From Candidatus Iainarchaeum sp. (GTDB lineage Archaea; Iainarchaeota; Iainarchaeia; Iainarchaeales; JAFCCW01): DNA of 54,103 bases. The position numbers were made by a program, and so were the translations under genes. The stretch covers positions 1-54,103 of the forward strand of contig JAFCCW010000014.1 in the NCBI GenBank assembly GCA_017609985.1, in the 5' to 3' direction. The notes beneath the pieces are model-generated. The model had not been told where the DNA came from and made no database searches. It saw only the letters and a program-made list of their open reading frames with translations. Positions 28,722 through 37,775 of this stretch are shown here, in pieces. Within the stretch, counting starts at the first letter, position 1. Every line of letters begins with the position of its first letter.

Positions 28722-29045
28722 TTGCTAATTTCAGGGAGCTGTTTTTTTATTACTAAGAAATCCGATATTATCCGACTTGAGCATGTTTCCAAAGTCTACG
28801 ATTTGGGTGAGATAAAGATAAAAGCGCTTGATGATGTCAGTCTTTCAGTCTGCAGGGGAGACTTTATTTCAATCATGGGCCCGTCTGGTTCTGGAAAAAC
28901 TACTCTTCTTGATGTTGCAATTTTAACTCCTGAGCTTGCATTGTTTGCCCTTGCTTTCTCAATGTTTGTTGGCATGGCTTCAGGCTATTATCCTGCAAGG
29001 CGTGCTGCGTCTCTTGACCCAATAGTTGCTTTGAGGTATGAGTGA
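28722..29045 (+). pseudogene. Collapsed MacB/LolD-type ABC transporter remnant (ATPase N-terminus fused to permease C-terminus)
   Basis: [10 protein letters not shown]...[12 protein letters not shown] runs directly into [29 protein letters not shown]. Confidence 0.85.
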
Positions 29046-29611
29046 TTGTGTGTCTTAAAAAATTTATTTCAAAGCATGGCTTGAAAAAAGGCAAGCGAAT
29101 TGCAAAAGGCTGGTCTTCTTTCATTTACGAGTGCACTGATTCAAAGGGAAAAAAGTTTGCTTTGAAAGTTGAACATGGCAAATGTCCCAGAAAGGGCATG
29201 GCAAAGCGCGAAGCAGAATTTCTTAAACTTGCAAACTCTTTCTCCATCGGTCCAAAACTAGTTGACTTTGATAGCGAAGCAGAAGCAATTCTAATGGAGT
29301 TCATTGACGGCGTTCCTTTTTCTGAGTGGCTTTTTGAACACAATCCTTCAAGGAAACAGCTTGAGAAATTTATTGACTTGTTGTTCAAGCAAGCTCGTGC
29401 TCTGGACAAAGCTGGTCTTGATCATGGTCAGCTTGCTGGCAGGGGAACAAATATTCTTGTTCGCAATCGTGGCAACAAGCCGGTAATCATTGACTTTGAA
29501 AAAGCCTCAACTAATCGCAAATGTCACAATGAAAAAGTGATTGAATCTTTTCTTTTCAAGAGCCCTTACTCTGCTTTTGTAAAAAAAATAAGGGAAACAG
29601 TAAAGGAGTAA
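29042..29611 (+). CDS. Archaeal Ser/Thr protein kinase-like protein (RIO/Bud32-related)
   Basis: [39 protein letters not shown]. Confidence 0.8.
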   Translation: MIVCLKKFISKHGLKKGKRIAKGWSSFIYECTDSKGKKFALKVEHGKCPRKGMAKREAEFLKLANSFSIGPKLVDFDSEAEAILMEFIDGVPFSEWLFEHNPSRKQLEKFIDLLFKQARALDKAGLDHGQLAGRGTNILVRNRGNKPVIIDFEKASTNRKCHNEKVIESFLFKSPYSAFVKKIRETVKE

Positions 29612-30079
29612 CTACTCCTTTTCTGCTTTTTTTGCTGCTTCTAGGAAGCCGTAAGCTGTTCCTTTTCTCAGGACAAACTGTCTGTCAACTTCTGTTATCA
29701 ATACATCACATTCGCTTTTGATGCTTTCCAGCTGTTTGACAATTCTTTCTTTTTCCATTTCTATTTCCTGAACTTTTTCATAGGGTTCGATTGCTTCTCT
29801 GAACATGCTTCCGTCAACGTATGTGTATGGGTATGAATCCATTTTTTGTGCAATTCTTTCCACAATTTTTCCAAGCCAGATATTCATTTCTCTTTTTACC
29901 TGTCCCTTGATTTGTTTGCCTGGGGACAGATGGTCTCTGACCATGTTAACAATAGTTGCTTTTGGAAAAGGCAGTCCAATTTCCTCTATTTCGTCATCTT
30001 TCTCTTCTTCTATTTCTTCTTTTACAAGAGCTTCTGCCTGCTCTTCCTTTTCTTTTTCTTGCTTTTTTACTTCTGCCAT
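29612..30079 (-). CDS. Histone-fold protein with acidic N-terminal tail and C-terminal coiled coil
   Basis: LPFPKATIVNMVRDHL, QIKGQVKREM, YTYVDGSMFREAI. Confidence 0.65.
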   Translation of the reverse strand: MAEVKKQEKEKEEQAEALVKEEIEEEKDDEIEEIGLPFPKATIVNMVRDHLSPGKQIKGQVKREMNIWLGKIVERIAQKMDSYPYTYVDGSMFREAIEPYEKVQEIEMEKERIVKQLESIKSECDVLITEVDRQFVLRKGTAYGFLEAAKKAEKE

Positions 30080-30278
30080 ATTATCCACCTCTTAAATTTC
30101 AAACAATAAGCCTTGTTTTACTACGTTTAAATTTGTGAACATAAGGAATTTTAAACCCTATATTTTGTCTAAACACCTCTTTTATATAATATAACAAATG
30201 AATAATAATATGTGTCCTGCCCTCTTCTTCCCTCTAGCTTTTTTTTAAAAAAATAAAAAATAGGAAATATGCTTTTTT

Positions 30279-30758
30279 TTATTCAGCACATTTCTGCACG
30301 CATGCGTCTAGACAATCAAGGTCTGGTGAAAGCATTTCCGGAACACATCCGCTAATGCAGTCTGCCATTACCAGTCCTTCGCATTCTGCCTGTTCTCTTG
30401 TGCATCCTTCTTCGCAGGCAAGATTGCTTGCTCCGCTTAATGCACAGCTTTCAAAGCACAGCTCTTCTGTTTCTGCTGAACATGCTTCTGGCACATTCTG
30501 TGTGCAGGATTCATTGCATTTTATTTCTGATTCTATTCTGCACTCATCATTGCATGCGTTGACACATTCTTCGTCCAGTTCTATGAATGGTTCTTCTGGA
30601 ACAATATTGTTCTGTCCGCTTGTTCCTTGTTCCCCTGTTTCTGGTTGATTTTCTTGGTTTCCTGTTTGCTCTTGTGGTGTTGTATCATCATTCTTTGTAA
30701 CACAGCCTGCAAAAAGCAGTGCAAAAAGCAACAATAAAATTGCAATCTTTCCTTTCAT
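30279..30758 (-). CDS. Cys-rich lipoprotein
   Basis: Lipobox LLFAGC, Q/E/T linker, 16 periodic Cys. Confidence 0.8.
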   Translation of the reverse strand: MKGKIAILLLLFALLFAGCVTKNDDTTPQEQTGNQENQPETGEQGTSGQNNIVPEEPFIELDEECVNACNDECRIESEIKCNESCTQNVPEACSAETEELCFESCALSGASNLACEEGCTREQAECEGLVMADCISGCVPEMLSPDLDCLDACVQKCAE

Positions 30759-30894
30759 ATAATCCCTCCTATTAATTGATACTATATTACCTTATCTTAT
30801 TTATAAATTTTTTTGATTTGTTTTTTCTGTTCTTTTAATGAAAGATTTTTAAATTATTAAATAGTACTGATTATGATTGTTAATTTGGTGGTAA

Positions 30895-31011
30895 ATGTTT
30901 TTAAAAAAAGGGCAAGGAACAACAGAGTATTTAGTGATTCTTGCATTAATTGTTGTAATCGTGCTTATAGTCTTTGGAGTTATGGGTTGGTTCCCTGGTT
31001 TGTCTTCATGA
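30895..31011 (+). CDS. Class III signal peptide (pilin-like) 38-aa ORF, probably truncated
   Basis: MFLKKGQGTTEYLVILALIVVIVLIVFGVMGWFPGLSS*; GGTGG RBS. Confidence 0.7.
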   Translation: MFLKKGQGTTEYLVILALIVVIVLIVFGVMGWFPGLSS

Positions 31012-31129
31012 AAACCAATTCTAGTTTTTATGCACAATTTTAAGTTTCAGGCTTTCAAGTGCTATTCCATTATACTGTTTTTTGCTTATTTCTTTGTCTT
31101 CACTAAGCATCATCACTTTTACCCATTAG

Positions 31130-31290
31130 CCCACCGCCTGTTTCGTCTGGCGGTACCGGTGTGCCGCCTTCACTTCGTTCAACGACACTGGCTCGCTTTC
31201 GTTCGCAGTAAATATAATGCCATCAGTCAATCCGCACGGCGTTCGCTTCGCTCAGCCGAGCATTCTTAAAATAGTAAAGCCATCAGTCCG
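31130..31290. repeat. GC-rich cluster of REP-like hairpins
   Basis: accgcc/ggcggt, actg-gctcgctttcgttcg-cagt, cggc-gttcgcttcgctca-gccg; gccatcagtc at 31219 and 31279. Confidence 0.6.
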
Positions 31291-31495
31291 CCCATCTATC
31301 ATCATTCCAGAAGGTCAGAGTCATCGTCAGTTCATCATCTGGCACTAGTTTATGGCTTGGAAACAGATTTAAATGATTCTAGTTTTTTTCCACTTGAAAA
31401 CCCTGTTTTTTGTGCTTTTTCCTGCAAAGCTTTAAATATCTTTATTTCGCTTATTTATCTAATTGCTTTTAACATAGCAAATGGAGGTAGATAAT

Positions 31496-31669
31496 ATGGC
31501 AAATTTAGTTGTTGGTTCAAAAGTAAAAGATGCAATTAAGGCAGCTGGCTGCAATACAGGCGGAGACGTAATGGATGGTCTTGATTCTGAAGTCAATTCT
31601 ATGGTTTCCAAAGCAGCAGAAAGAGCAAAAGCAAACGGAAGAAAAACAGTCCGAGCAAGCGATCTTTAA
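31496..31669 (+). CDS. Small histone-fold protein (DUF1931 / face-to-face histone type)
   Basis: LVVGSKVKDAIK, AAERAKANGRKTVRASDL; GGAGG RBS. Confidence 0.85.
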   Translation: MANLVVGSKVKDAIKAAGCNTGGDVMDGLDSEVNSMVSKAAERAKANGRKTVRASDL

Positions 31670-31749
31670 TTGTTTTTTGGATGGGGGCCTCTGCTCCCAA
31701 TATCCAACTTTTTTTTCTCGATTTAATCAGTTTTTTAATTCTTTAAATT

Positions 31750-32265
31750 TTATGGAGTAATCCTTTCACTTTGGTAATAGTTTATTTCATCTTCTGAATC
31801 AACCACTGCTATCAGCAGTTTTGCTCTGATGTTCTGGCTTAACCTGACCATTCTTGAATAAGGAATCATTCCTGTTCTCTCGTCTTGGGTAAACACTTTT
31901 ACAACCCACTGGGTGTGTGCTTCACCCATTTTCTTTCCGCGCGGATAAACTCTGAAATCGAATCCAAATTTGAATCCTGTTTTGGCACAGTATCCCCTTT
32001 CTCTCAAGTTCTTGTAAACAACATACTTTGAATAAAATCTTGCTTCTCTTCCCTGGGCATATTCTAGCAACTTTCTTGGAGAAATCTTTTTTCCTTTTTC
32101 ATTAACCAGCTCTATTTTTTTGCCTTCAAGCAAATAAAGACCTTCTCTTAGGTCTAGGACGAGCTGTTTTCCTTTTCTTTCTCCGTAGCCCTTGCTTGTC
32201 AGCTGGTCAGCTGTTTTTTTTCCTTCAACAATTACTTTGTTTTGCACTAGCAATGATTTAGCCAT
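31750..32265 (-). CDS. endA: tRNA-splicing endonuclease
   Basis: VYKNLRERGYCAKTGFKFGFDFRVY, HTQW, AVVDSEDEINYY. Confidence 0.92.
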   Translation of the reverse strand: MAKSLLVQNKVIVEGKKTADQLTSKGYGERKGKQLVLDLREGLYLLEGKKIELVNEKGKKISPRKLLEYAQGREARFYSKYVVYKNLRERGYCAKTGFKFGFDFRVYPRGKKMGEAHTQWVVKVFTQDERTGMIPYSRMVRLSQNIRAKLLIAVVDSEDEINYYQSERITP

Positions 32266-32386
32266 TTTAATCAATCTCTCTTTTCTGAATTGTTTTTGTC
32301 TAATCCTTTTTTCTTATTTTAATCAATTATATTCTTTTGCGGTTATCTTTTAATACATTCCAGTAATTAATGTTTCCGGTGTTTTA

Positions 32387-33469
32387 ATGTCTCTTAATCC
32401 TTGGTCTTCAGATGCGGTAACTGATTATGACTATGTTTTCAAGGAATTTGGTCTCTCCAAGTTTTCTGAAAAAATTTCAAAGGAGCTGGATCACCTGCTG
32501 TTCAGGCGCGGAATTGTAATTGCTCATCGCGACTTTCAGCGCGTGTTCGATCGCATTGCTCTGAAAAAGCCTTTCATTAATATTACTGGAATTGCTTCTT
32601 CTGGTCACTATCATTTTGGTCACAAGGTAGATCTTGACTTGTTTATTTTCTTCAAGAAGTGCGGTGCAAGAAATTATTTTTCAATTTCAGATATTGATGC
32701 TTACACTTCCCGTCCTGACGACAAGGTTTCTTCTCTTGACGATTCCAAACAGTTTGCAGTGGACAATGTTGCTGATGCTCTTGCTCTTGGTCTTTCTCCA
32801 AAGGATATGTATGTTCAGAGCAACAAGGAAACACGTTTTTACGAATTTGCTTTCGAGCTTTCAAAGAAAATAACTCACAGTACTTTCAAGGCTATCTATG
32901 GTCACATTGACCTTGGAAAAGTTTCTGCTAATCTTTTGCAGTATGCTGACATAATGCATGGTCAGCTGAAGGAATACGAGGGATCAATGCCTTCAATAAC
33001 TGGTATTGGTCTTGACCAGGATCCTCATGCCCGAGCTACTCGGGATGTTGCAAGACGTCTTCCATATAACCTGGAATTGCCTTCTTTTATTTATTTCAGG
33101 CACCAGTCTGGTTTGCAGGAGGGAAGCAAGATGTCTGCTTCTCAGCCAAACACTGCAATCTTTTTGTCTGATTCTCCTAAGGCTGCTTCAAAAAAGATAA
33201 TGGGTTGTTTTACTGGCGGCAGGGAAACTGCTGAAAAGCAAAAGAAGCTTGGGGGCAGGCCTGAAATCTGCAAAAAGTACGAGCTTGACTTGTTCCACCT
33301 GGAAGACGATAAGAAGCTTAAGGACATTCACGACAAGTGCAAGGCAGGCGAGAGGTTGTGCGGACAATGCAAGCAGTTAACCTGTGAGTATGTCTGCAAG
33401 TTTCTTGAGTCTCATCAAAAGAAGAAAAAGAAAAACATGAAAAAAGCCGAGAAAGTTGTTTTTGGCTAA
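32387..33469 (+). CDS. trpS: Tryptophan--tRNA ligase
   Basis: RRGIVIAHRDF, HFGH, GLDQDPH, KMSAS, FTGGR, CGQCK. Confidence 0.93.
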   Translation: MSLNPWSSDAVTDYDYVFKEFGLSKFSEKISKELDHLLFRRGIVIAHRDFQRVFDRIALKKPFINITGIASSGHYHFGHKVDLDLFIFFKKCGARNYFSISDIDAYTSRPDDKVSSLDDSKQFAVDNVADALALGLSPKDMYVQSNKETRFYEFAFELSKKITHSTFKAIYGHIDLGKVSANLLQYADIMHGQLKEYEGSMPSITGIGLDQDPHARATRDVARRLPYNLELPSFIYFRHQSGLQEGSKMSASQPNTAIFLSDSPKAASKKIMGCFTGGRETAEKQKKLGGRPEICKKYELDLFHLEDDKKLKDIHDKCKAGERLCGQCKQLTCEYVCKFLESHQKKKKKNMKKAEKVVFG

Positions 33470-33723
33470 ATTTTTTTGTGAATGTTTTTTCTGTGTCCTA
33501 CTCTTAAAACAATCAGTGTTTTTGTTGACAGAACTCTTTGAACTATTATTCTGTAATTTCCTATCCTTATTTTGTGGTATTGCTGGTTTTTTATTTTTTC
33601 AAGAAACAGATTATCTGATTCTGACGCAGAATAGACTTTGTTGATTATTCTTTCACAAACTACTTTTTCAATATTCTTTAGGTCTTTTTTTGCTCTTTCA
33701 GTCCAAATTATTTCAAATCTCAT
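33466..33723 (-). CDS. RelE/ParE family toxin
   Basis: IIWTERAKKDLK, KIRIGNYRII, VGHRKNIHK. Confidence 0.9.
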   Translation of the reverse strand: MRFEIIWTERAKKDLKNIEKVVCERIINKVYSASESDNLFLEKIKNQQYHKIRIGNYRIIVQRVLSTKTLIVLRVGHRKNIHKKI

Positions 33724-33968
33724 TTCAAGCCCAGCTCTTTTTTCAATTGCTTTGTTGTGTAGAGCCTGCTCTTTTTAATGTCATCTTTAGCTTCTTCAAT
33801 TCCTTTAAGTGTTTCTTTGTTCAATTCAAGCATTGATTCTTCATTTTGTTTCATGTTTTCTAAAAGTCTTCTTATAACATCTGCATATGTTTCTCTGGAA
33901 TATTCCTTGAATGATTCAAGCTCTTTTTTAAGATTTGTTGGCATTTGAATTGTTGTTGTATCAACCAT
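33720..33968 (-). CDS. Antitoxin for the RelE toxin
   Basis: TTIQMPTNLKKEL, ETYADVIRRLL, LKKELGL; ATGA overlap with the toxin gene. Confidence 0.85.
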   Translation of the reverse strand: MVDTTTIQMPTNLKKELESFKEYSRETYADVIRRLLENMKQNEESMLELNKETLKGIEEAKDDIKKSRLYTTKQLKKELGLK

Positions 33969-34096
33969 TATAATCACTTATATTGTTCTATAGCGAAATA
34001 TATTAAAGGCTTTTGCCTTGCTCCTGGAAATAAAGGATAAAATAATGGAAAAGAAAAACAGAACTTAAAAAATAGAATTCAAGGAAGCTGAATCAA

Positions 34097-35743
34097 TCAG
34101 CTTCCCTTGTTTATTTCTGCTTCAATCATTTCTGGAGTCACTGCTTTGTGGTCTCTGAGCTTTACGAGAACAAAGTTGTATGCCTTTACTGTGTCTTCAA
34201 GGCTTAGCTTTCTTTTGAATCCAATTCTTGCAACTTCGCTGAAGTAGGTGTTCACGATGTTGTGAGCCAGCTGTTCTCTTGGCAATCCCTCGCCTGCAGG
34301 CATTTCTTCAATCTTTTCGTTGAGGCTCCTGATTTCTCTCTTGAGCTGTTCCAACTCGCTGATTGTTTCCTGCTCTGCTTCTTCAACTTCTTTCTCAAGC
34401 TCTTCTGTTTTCATTTTTTCAAGATCTGAATCGCCTGATTCAATCTCCACTGAAGTGATGCTATTTCTGATTGCATCCATTTCTTTGGAGAAGTCTTCCT
34501 TGATTTTTTGAACTTCTTTGGCCAGCTCTTCTCTGTATTCTGTTGGGCTTGCAGTTTTTGCTATTTCAATTTCTGCACCCATCTTGAGCATTTTTTCGTT
34601 AAGGTTTCCCTTTAGGTCTTCAACAAGTCCTTTTATTTCGTTCATTCTTTTGTCAAGTTTCTCGTCCACAAGCTCTTCAATGTTTTCTGGTCTTGCAACC
34701 TGGTTAACTATGTTGCCAAGTTCTGCTGTCTCAGTTCTTGTCTGTTTAACTATTTCGCTGAGCTTGTTCATTTCTCCAAGAGCTTTTGTGGTTTTTTCAG
34801 TGCTTGTTTTTATTACATTCATGCTGTTTCCAATCGCGCCGATTTTGCTTGAAATTTCATTCAGTCTCTTTCCATATTCCTGCTCTGTCTGTTTCTGCAT
34901 TTTGTCGTGGTCTTCAAGTTTTTTTACAGCAGTTGTAACTGCTTTGTCAAAGCTTGAGAGTTGTTTTTCAAGCAGTTCTGATTTTTTGACTCCTGTTTCT
35001 ACTCCTGTCTTCATGCTGTTCACACTTCTCTGGATTGTGGAGAGCTTTGAGGAAACAGAGTTTACTTTGCCTGTATTGTTGTTAATCATTTTTCTAAGAG
35101 CGTCTGCTCTTCCTGTTTCTCCTTTCAAGCTTTTCTCCATTGCATTAACTGTTTTCTCAAGTGAAGAAACAGACTTGTCAATTCCGCTGATTTTTGTTAC
35201 CTGTGTTCTAAGCGGGGTTGCAAGATTTATGTAAGCAACTTTTTTGCTTTCAACTTTTTTCTTAACTGCTTTTTTAGCAGGGTTTTTCTTCTTAACTGCT
35301 TTTGCAACAGTTTTCTTTTTGATTGGGCTTGCCTTTTTCACAGCTGATTTTTTCTTTGCTGGTTTTTTTGCAACAGCCTTTTTCACTGCTTTTTTTGCAG
35401 TTCCTGCTCCGCTCACGTTCACATTAACTTCAACCTTGCTAACGCCTGCTTTCTTCACTGCTGGCGTTTTATTAACTGCGGCTTTTTTGGCAGTTGTTTT
35501 CTTTTTCCCAGCTGGTTTTTTTGCAACAGCCTTCTTTTTAATTGGGGCTTTTTTAGAAACAGTTTTCTTCACAACAGTTTTCTTTACTGCTGGCTTTTTC
35601 TTAACAGCCTTTTTCACAGCAGACTTTTTGCCTGATTCCTTTTTTGATTTATCATTGATCGTAACATTTACTTTCTTTCCGCCCTTTACAGTGATTGTTT
35701 CATTCCCACTTTTAACAGTAACAACATCTTTTGCTTTTGCCAT
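34097..35743 (-). CDS. Protein with histone H1-like Lys/Ala/Val repeats, long coiled coil and small C-terminal domain
   Basis: KKAVAKKPA-type repeats over ~135 aa, then heptads. Confidence 0.8.
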   Translation of the reverse strand: MAKAKDVVTVKSGNETITVKGGKKVNVTINDKSKKESGKKSAVKKAVKKKPAVKKTVVKKTVSKKAPIKKKAVAKKPAGKKKTTAKKAAVNKTPAVKKAGVSKVEVNVNVSGAGTAKKAVKKAVAKKPAKKKSAVKKASPIKKKTVAKAVKKKNPAKKAVKKKVESKKVAYINLATPLRTQVTKISGIDKSVSSLEKTVNAMEKSLKGETGRADALRKMINNNTGKVNSVSSKLSTIQRSVNSMKTGVETGVKKSELLEKQLSSFDKAVTTAVKKLEDHDKMQKQTEQEYGKRLNEISSKIGAIGNSMNVIKTSTEKTTKALGEMNKLSEIVKQTRTETAELGNIVNQVARPENIEELVDEKLDKRMNEIKGLVEDLKGNLNEKMLKMGAEIEIAKTASPTEYREELAKEVQKIKEDFSKEMDAIRNSITSVEIESGDSDLEKMKTEELEKEVEEAEQETISELEQLKREIRSLNEKIEEMPAGEGLPREQLAHNIVNTYFSEVARIGFKRKLSLEDTVKAYNFVLVKLRDHKAVTPEMIEAEINKGS

Positions 35744-35824
35744 AAAAAACCCCCTAACTGCGCATTGCACTTTATATACTTGCACTCAAACTAATATTTA
35801 AACCTTTTCACTGTGTTTAGTTAA

Positions 35825-36226
35825 TTAGTTTTCTGGGGTTTTTGCCTCAATTTCCTCTATTTCTTTCTCTTTTCCAAGGTCTTTTCTGAGTTCTTTTACT
35901 AGTTCCTTGTAGTACTGATTTTCCTGCTTTTTTAGTACTATCTTATCTACTTCCCCTAGCACTGCATGTGCTTTTATCTTGTCTGCTGTTCTACCCCATT
36001 CCAAAATTTCCTTGCAGGCTTTTCTCTTTTGTCCACAGTACTGTCTTATTTTTTCCATTGCTTTGTTTTCTGCGCTTATTTCTCCGGCTGCTGCGCCTGT
36101 TCCCCCTGCCATTGCCTCGCTGTCAACAACTGCCAGCACAATAGTTTCTTTTGCTCCTTTCAGCGCTTTGTCTAAGAATTCGCTTCTGCTTTCTTTCTTT
36201 GTGAGAATCGGCAGTAAAACCTTCAT
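35825..36226 (-). CDS. Universal stress protein-like protein
   Basis: MKVLLP, IVLAVVD, LEWGRTADKI, VDKIVL. Confidence 0.6.
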   Translation of the reverse strand: MKVLLPILTKKESRSEFLDKALKGAKETIVLAVVDSEAMAGGTGAAAGEISAENKAMEKIRQYCGQKRKACKEILEWGRTADKIKAHAVLGEVDKIVLKKQENQYYKELVKELRKDLGKEKEIEEIEAKTPEN

Positions 36227-36237
36227 AGTCAATAACA

Positions 36238-36960
36238 TTAGGCTACTAACTTGAATAAATCCTTTTTCTTTTCGATTGCAAGGCCTTCTTCCTTCAAAAA
36301 CTCGATTACGCACCGTGCAAGCTCTCTGTTTATTCCAAGAAAAGCAGATATGTCCTCTGTTCTTAATTCTCCTGCTTCTTCCAATAGTTTCTCTACTGCT
36401 GGCCTGTATTTTTCATAAACCTCTGAAGTAATAATATTGTAGTAACCGTCAAATCCCTTTACTCCCATTACCTTTCCTGATTCAATTTCTTCCTTGATTT
36501 CTTGGCAGAGCTTCTTCACTAACAGCTCGTTTTTTAACTGCATAAATCCGTGCTCTTCCAGCCCTGCTGCTGTGCCAGTGAATTTTCTTCCGCTCTCGCC
36601 GCCCTCTTCTTTTTCTGCTATTTTGTAAACTGCTTTCTTGTAGCTTGGATTCAGTTTGAATTTGATTACTTGTCCCTGTTCCACCAGCTTTTCAAGAGCT
36701 TTTTGCTCTTCTTCTTTTAGCCCTGTTTCAAATCTTCCCTCTACTCTTTCACTCAGTGACTTGTTTGCAATCATTTCAATAACTCGTGCTTCTGCTTCCC
36801 CAAGCTCTTCTTTTTCTATTTTCTTTTCCTTTAGCACCCAGGTGCCCTGCCCAGCTTTCTCCAGCTCAAGCTCTTTCGATGAATCAAGCCCTGCCTTGTT
36901 GTACTCGTGTTCGCTCAAGACCAGCATCTTTTTTCCGTCAACCTCTTCAATGCGCGCCAT
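36238..36960 (-). CDS. Hypothetical protein with probable winged-helix domains
   Basis: C-terminal LRTEDISAFLGINRELARCVIEFLKEEG. Confidence 0.6.
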   Translation of the reverse strand: MARIEEVDGKKMLVLSEHEYNKAGLDSSKELELEKAGQGTWVLKEKKIEKEELGEAEARVIEMIANKSLSERVEGRFETGLKEEEQKALEKLVEQGQVIKFKLNPSYKKAVYKIAEKEEGGESGRKFTGTAAGLEEHGFMQLKNELLVKKLCQEIKEEIESGKVMGVKGFDGYYNIITSEVYEKYRPAVEKLLEEAGELRTEDISAFLGINRELARCVIEFLKEEGLAIEKKKDLFKLVA

Positions 36961-37103
36961 CTCTCCCACTGCTCAATTTGACTCTTATTATATACAGAGA
37001 ATAAATAAAAGAATTATTAAAATGCTCTTTAACTGATTGTGCCTGAGTTTCCGCTTTAAAAACAAGAAAACATTTATATATAACCTCGCAATTATTTATC
37101 CTT

Positions 37104-37766
37104 ATGAGGGGAAAGATTGTCATTGCCTTGCTTTTCATTCTAGTCATTTTCTCAGGCTGCGTTGGAGACTCTTCTGAGTCTGCACAAACAAGTCTCTTGG
37201 CAGTCTGGACTTCCAATGGAATTGACATTTCTGAAACTTCCCTTGCTGCAATTGACATTGCATTGCTTGACTCTGAAACAATCTCTTCTCTCAAGGCAGG
37301 AATTTCTTCAGTTGATGTTTCAGGCACAGACAAGTGCACAAAATCTTTGAAAACACTTTTTATCCAGTACGTTGACTATCTTTCCTATAAGCAGGAGCTT
37401 GCCAGCAATTCAGCAGAGCTTGATGCAATCACTCCTGACAACTATTGCTCTGATGGACTAACTATTGGAGAGAACGCAGTTTTCAAGATTGAATCCTTAA
37501 AGGCTTCCGCAGAGGTTTTATCTTCTTCCATTGCAAGCTTTTCTTCTTCTTGCCCGGAACAGGCTACTGCCTTAAACATATCTTCTGATGTTCCAGCTGT
37601 CGCCTTGTTGGAGGAAAGCCTTTCAACAGCACAGGAAGGACTGCAGGAAATGAAGGACTTGTGCTCCGAGCCAGTCAGCCCAGAGTTTGATATTGAAGAG
37701 CCTGAGGAAATCGAACCATTTGAAACAGTTACTGATACTGAAGAACCTGTAGAGGTTGATGAGTGA
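37104..37766 (+). CDS. Lipoprotein, helical
   Basis: Lipobox IFSGC; acidic tail. Confidence 0.75.
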   Translation: MRGKIVIALLFILVIFSGCVGDSSESAQTSLLAVWTSNGIDISETSLAAIDIALLDSETISSLKAGISSVDVSGTDKCTKSLKTLFIQYVDYLSYKQELASNSAELDAITPDNYCSDGLTIGENAVFKIESLKASAEVLSSSIASFSSSCPEQATALNISSDVPAVALLEESLSTAQEGLQEMKDLCSEPVSPEFDIEEPEEIEPFETVTDTEEPVEVDE

Positions 37767-37775
37767 GGTGTTTTT

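Noticed and set aside
31219-31290. Mini CRISPR from gccatcagtc at 60-nt spacing
   Set aside because: Only two 10-nt copies; too short and too few.
33466-33977. RelE-antitoxin pair as part of a larger mobile element
   Set aside because: Ordinary stand-alone type II TA operon; no integrase, transposase or flanking repeats seen.
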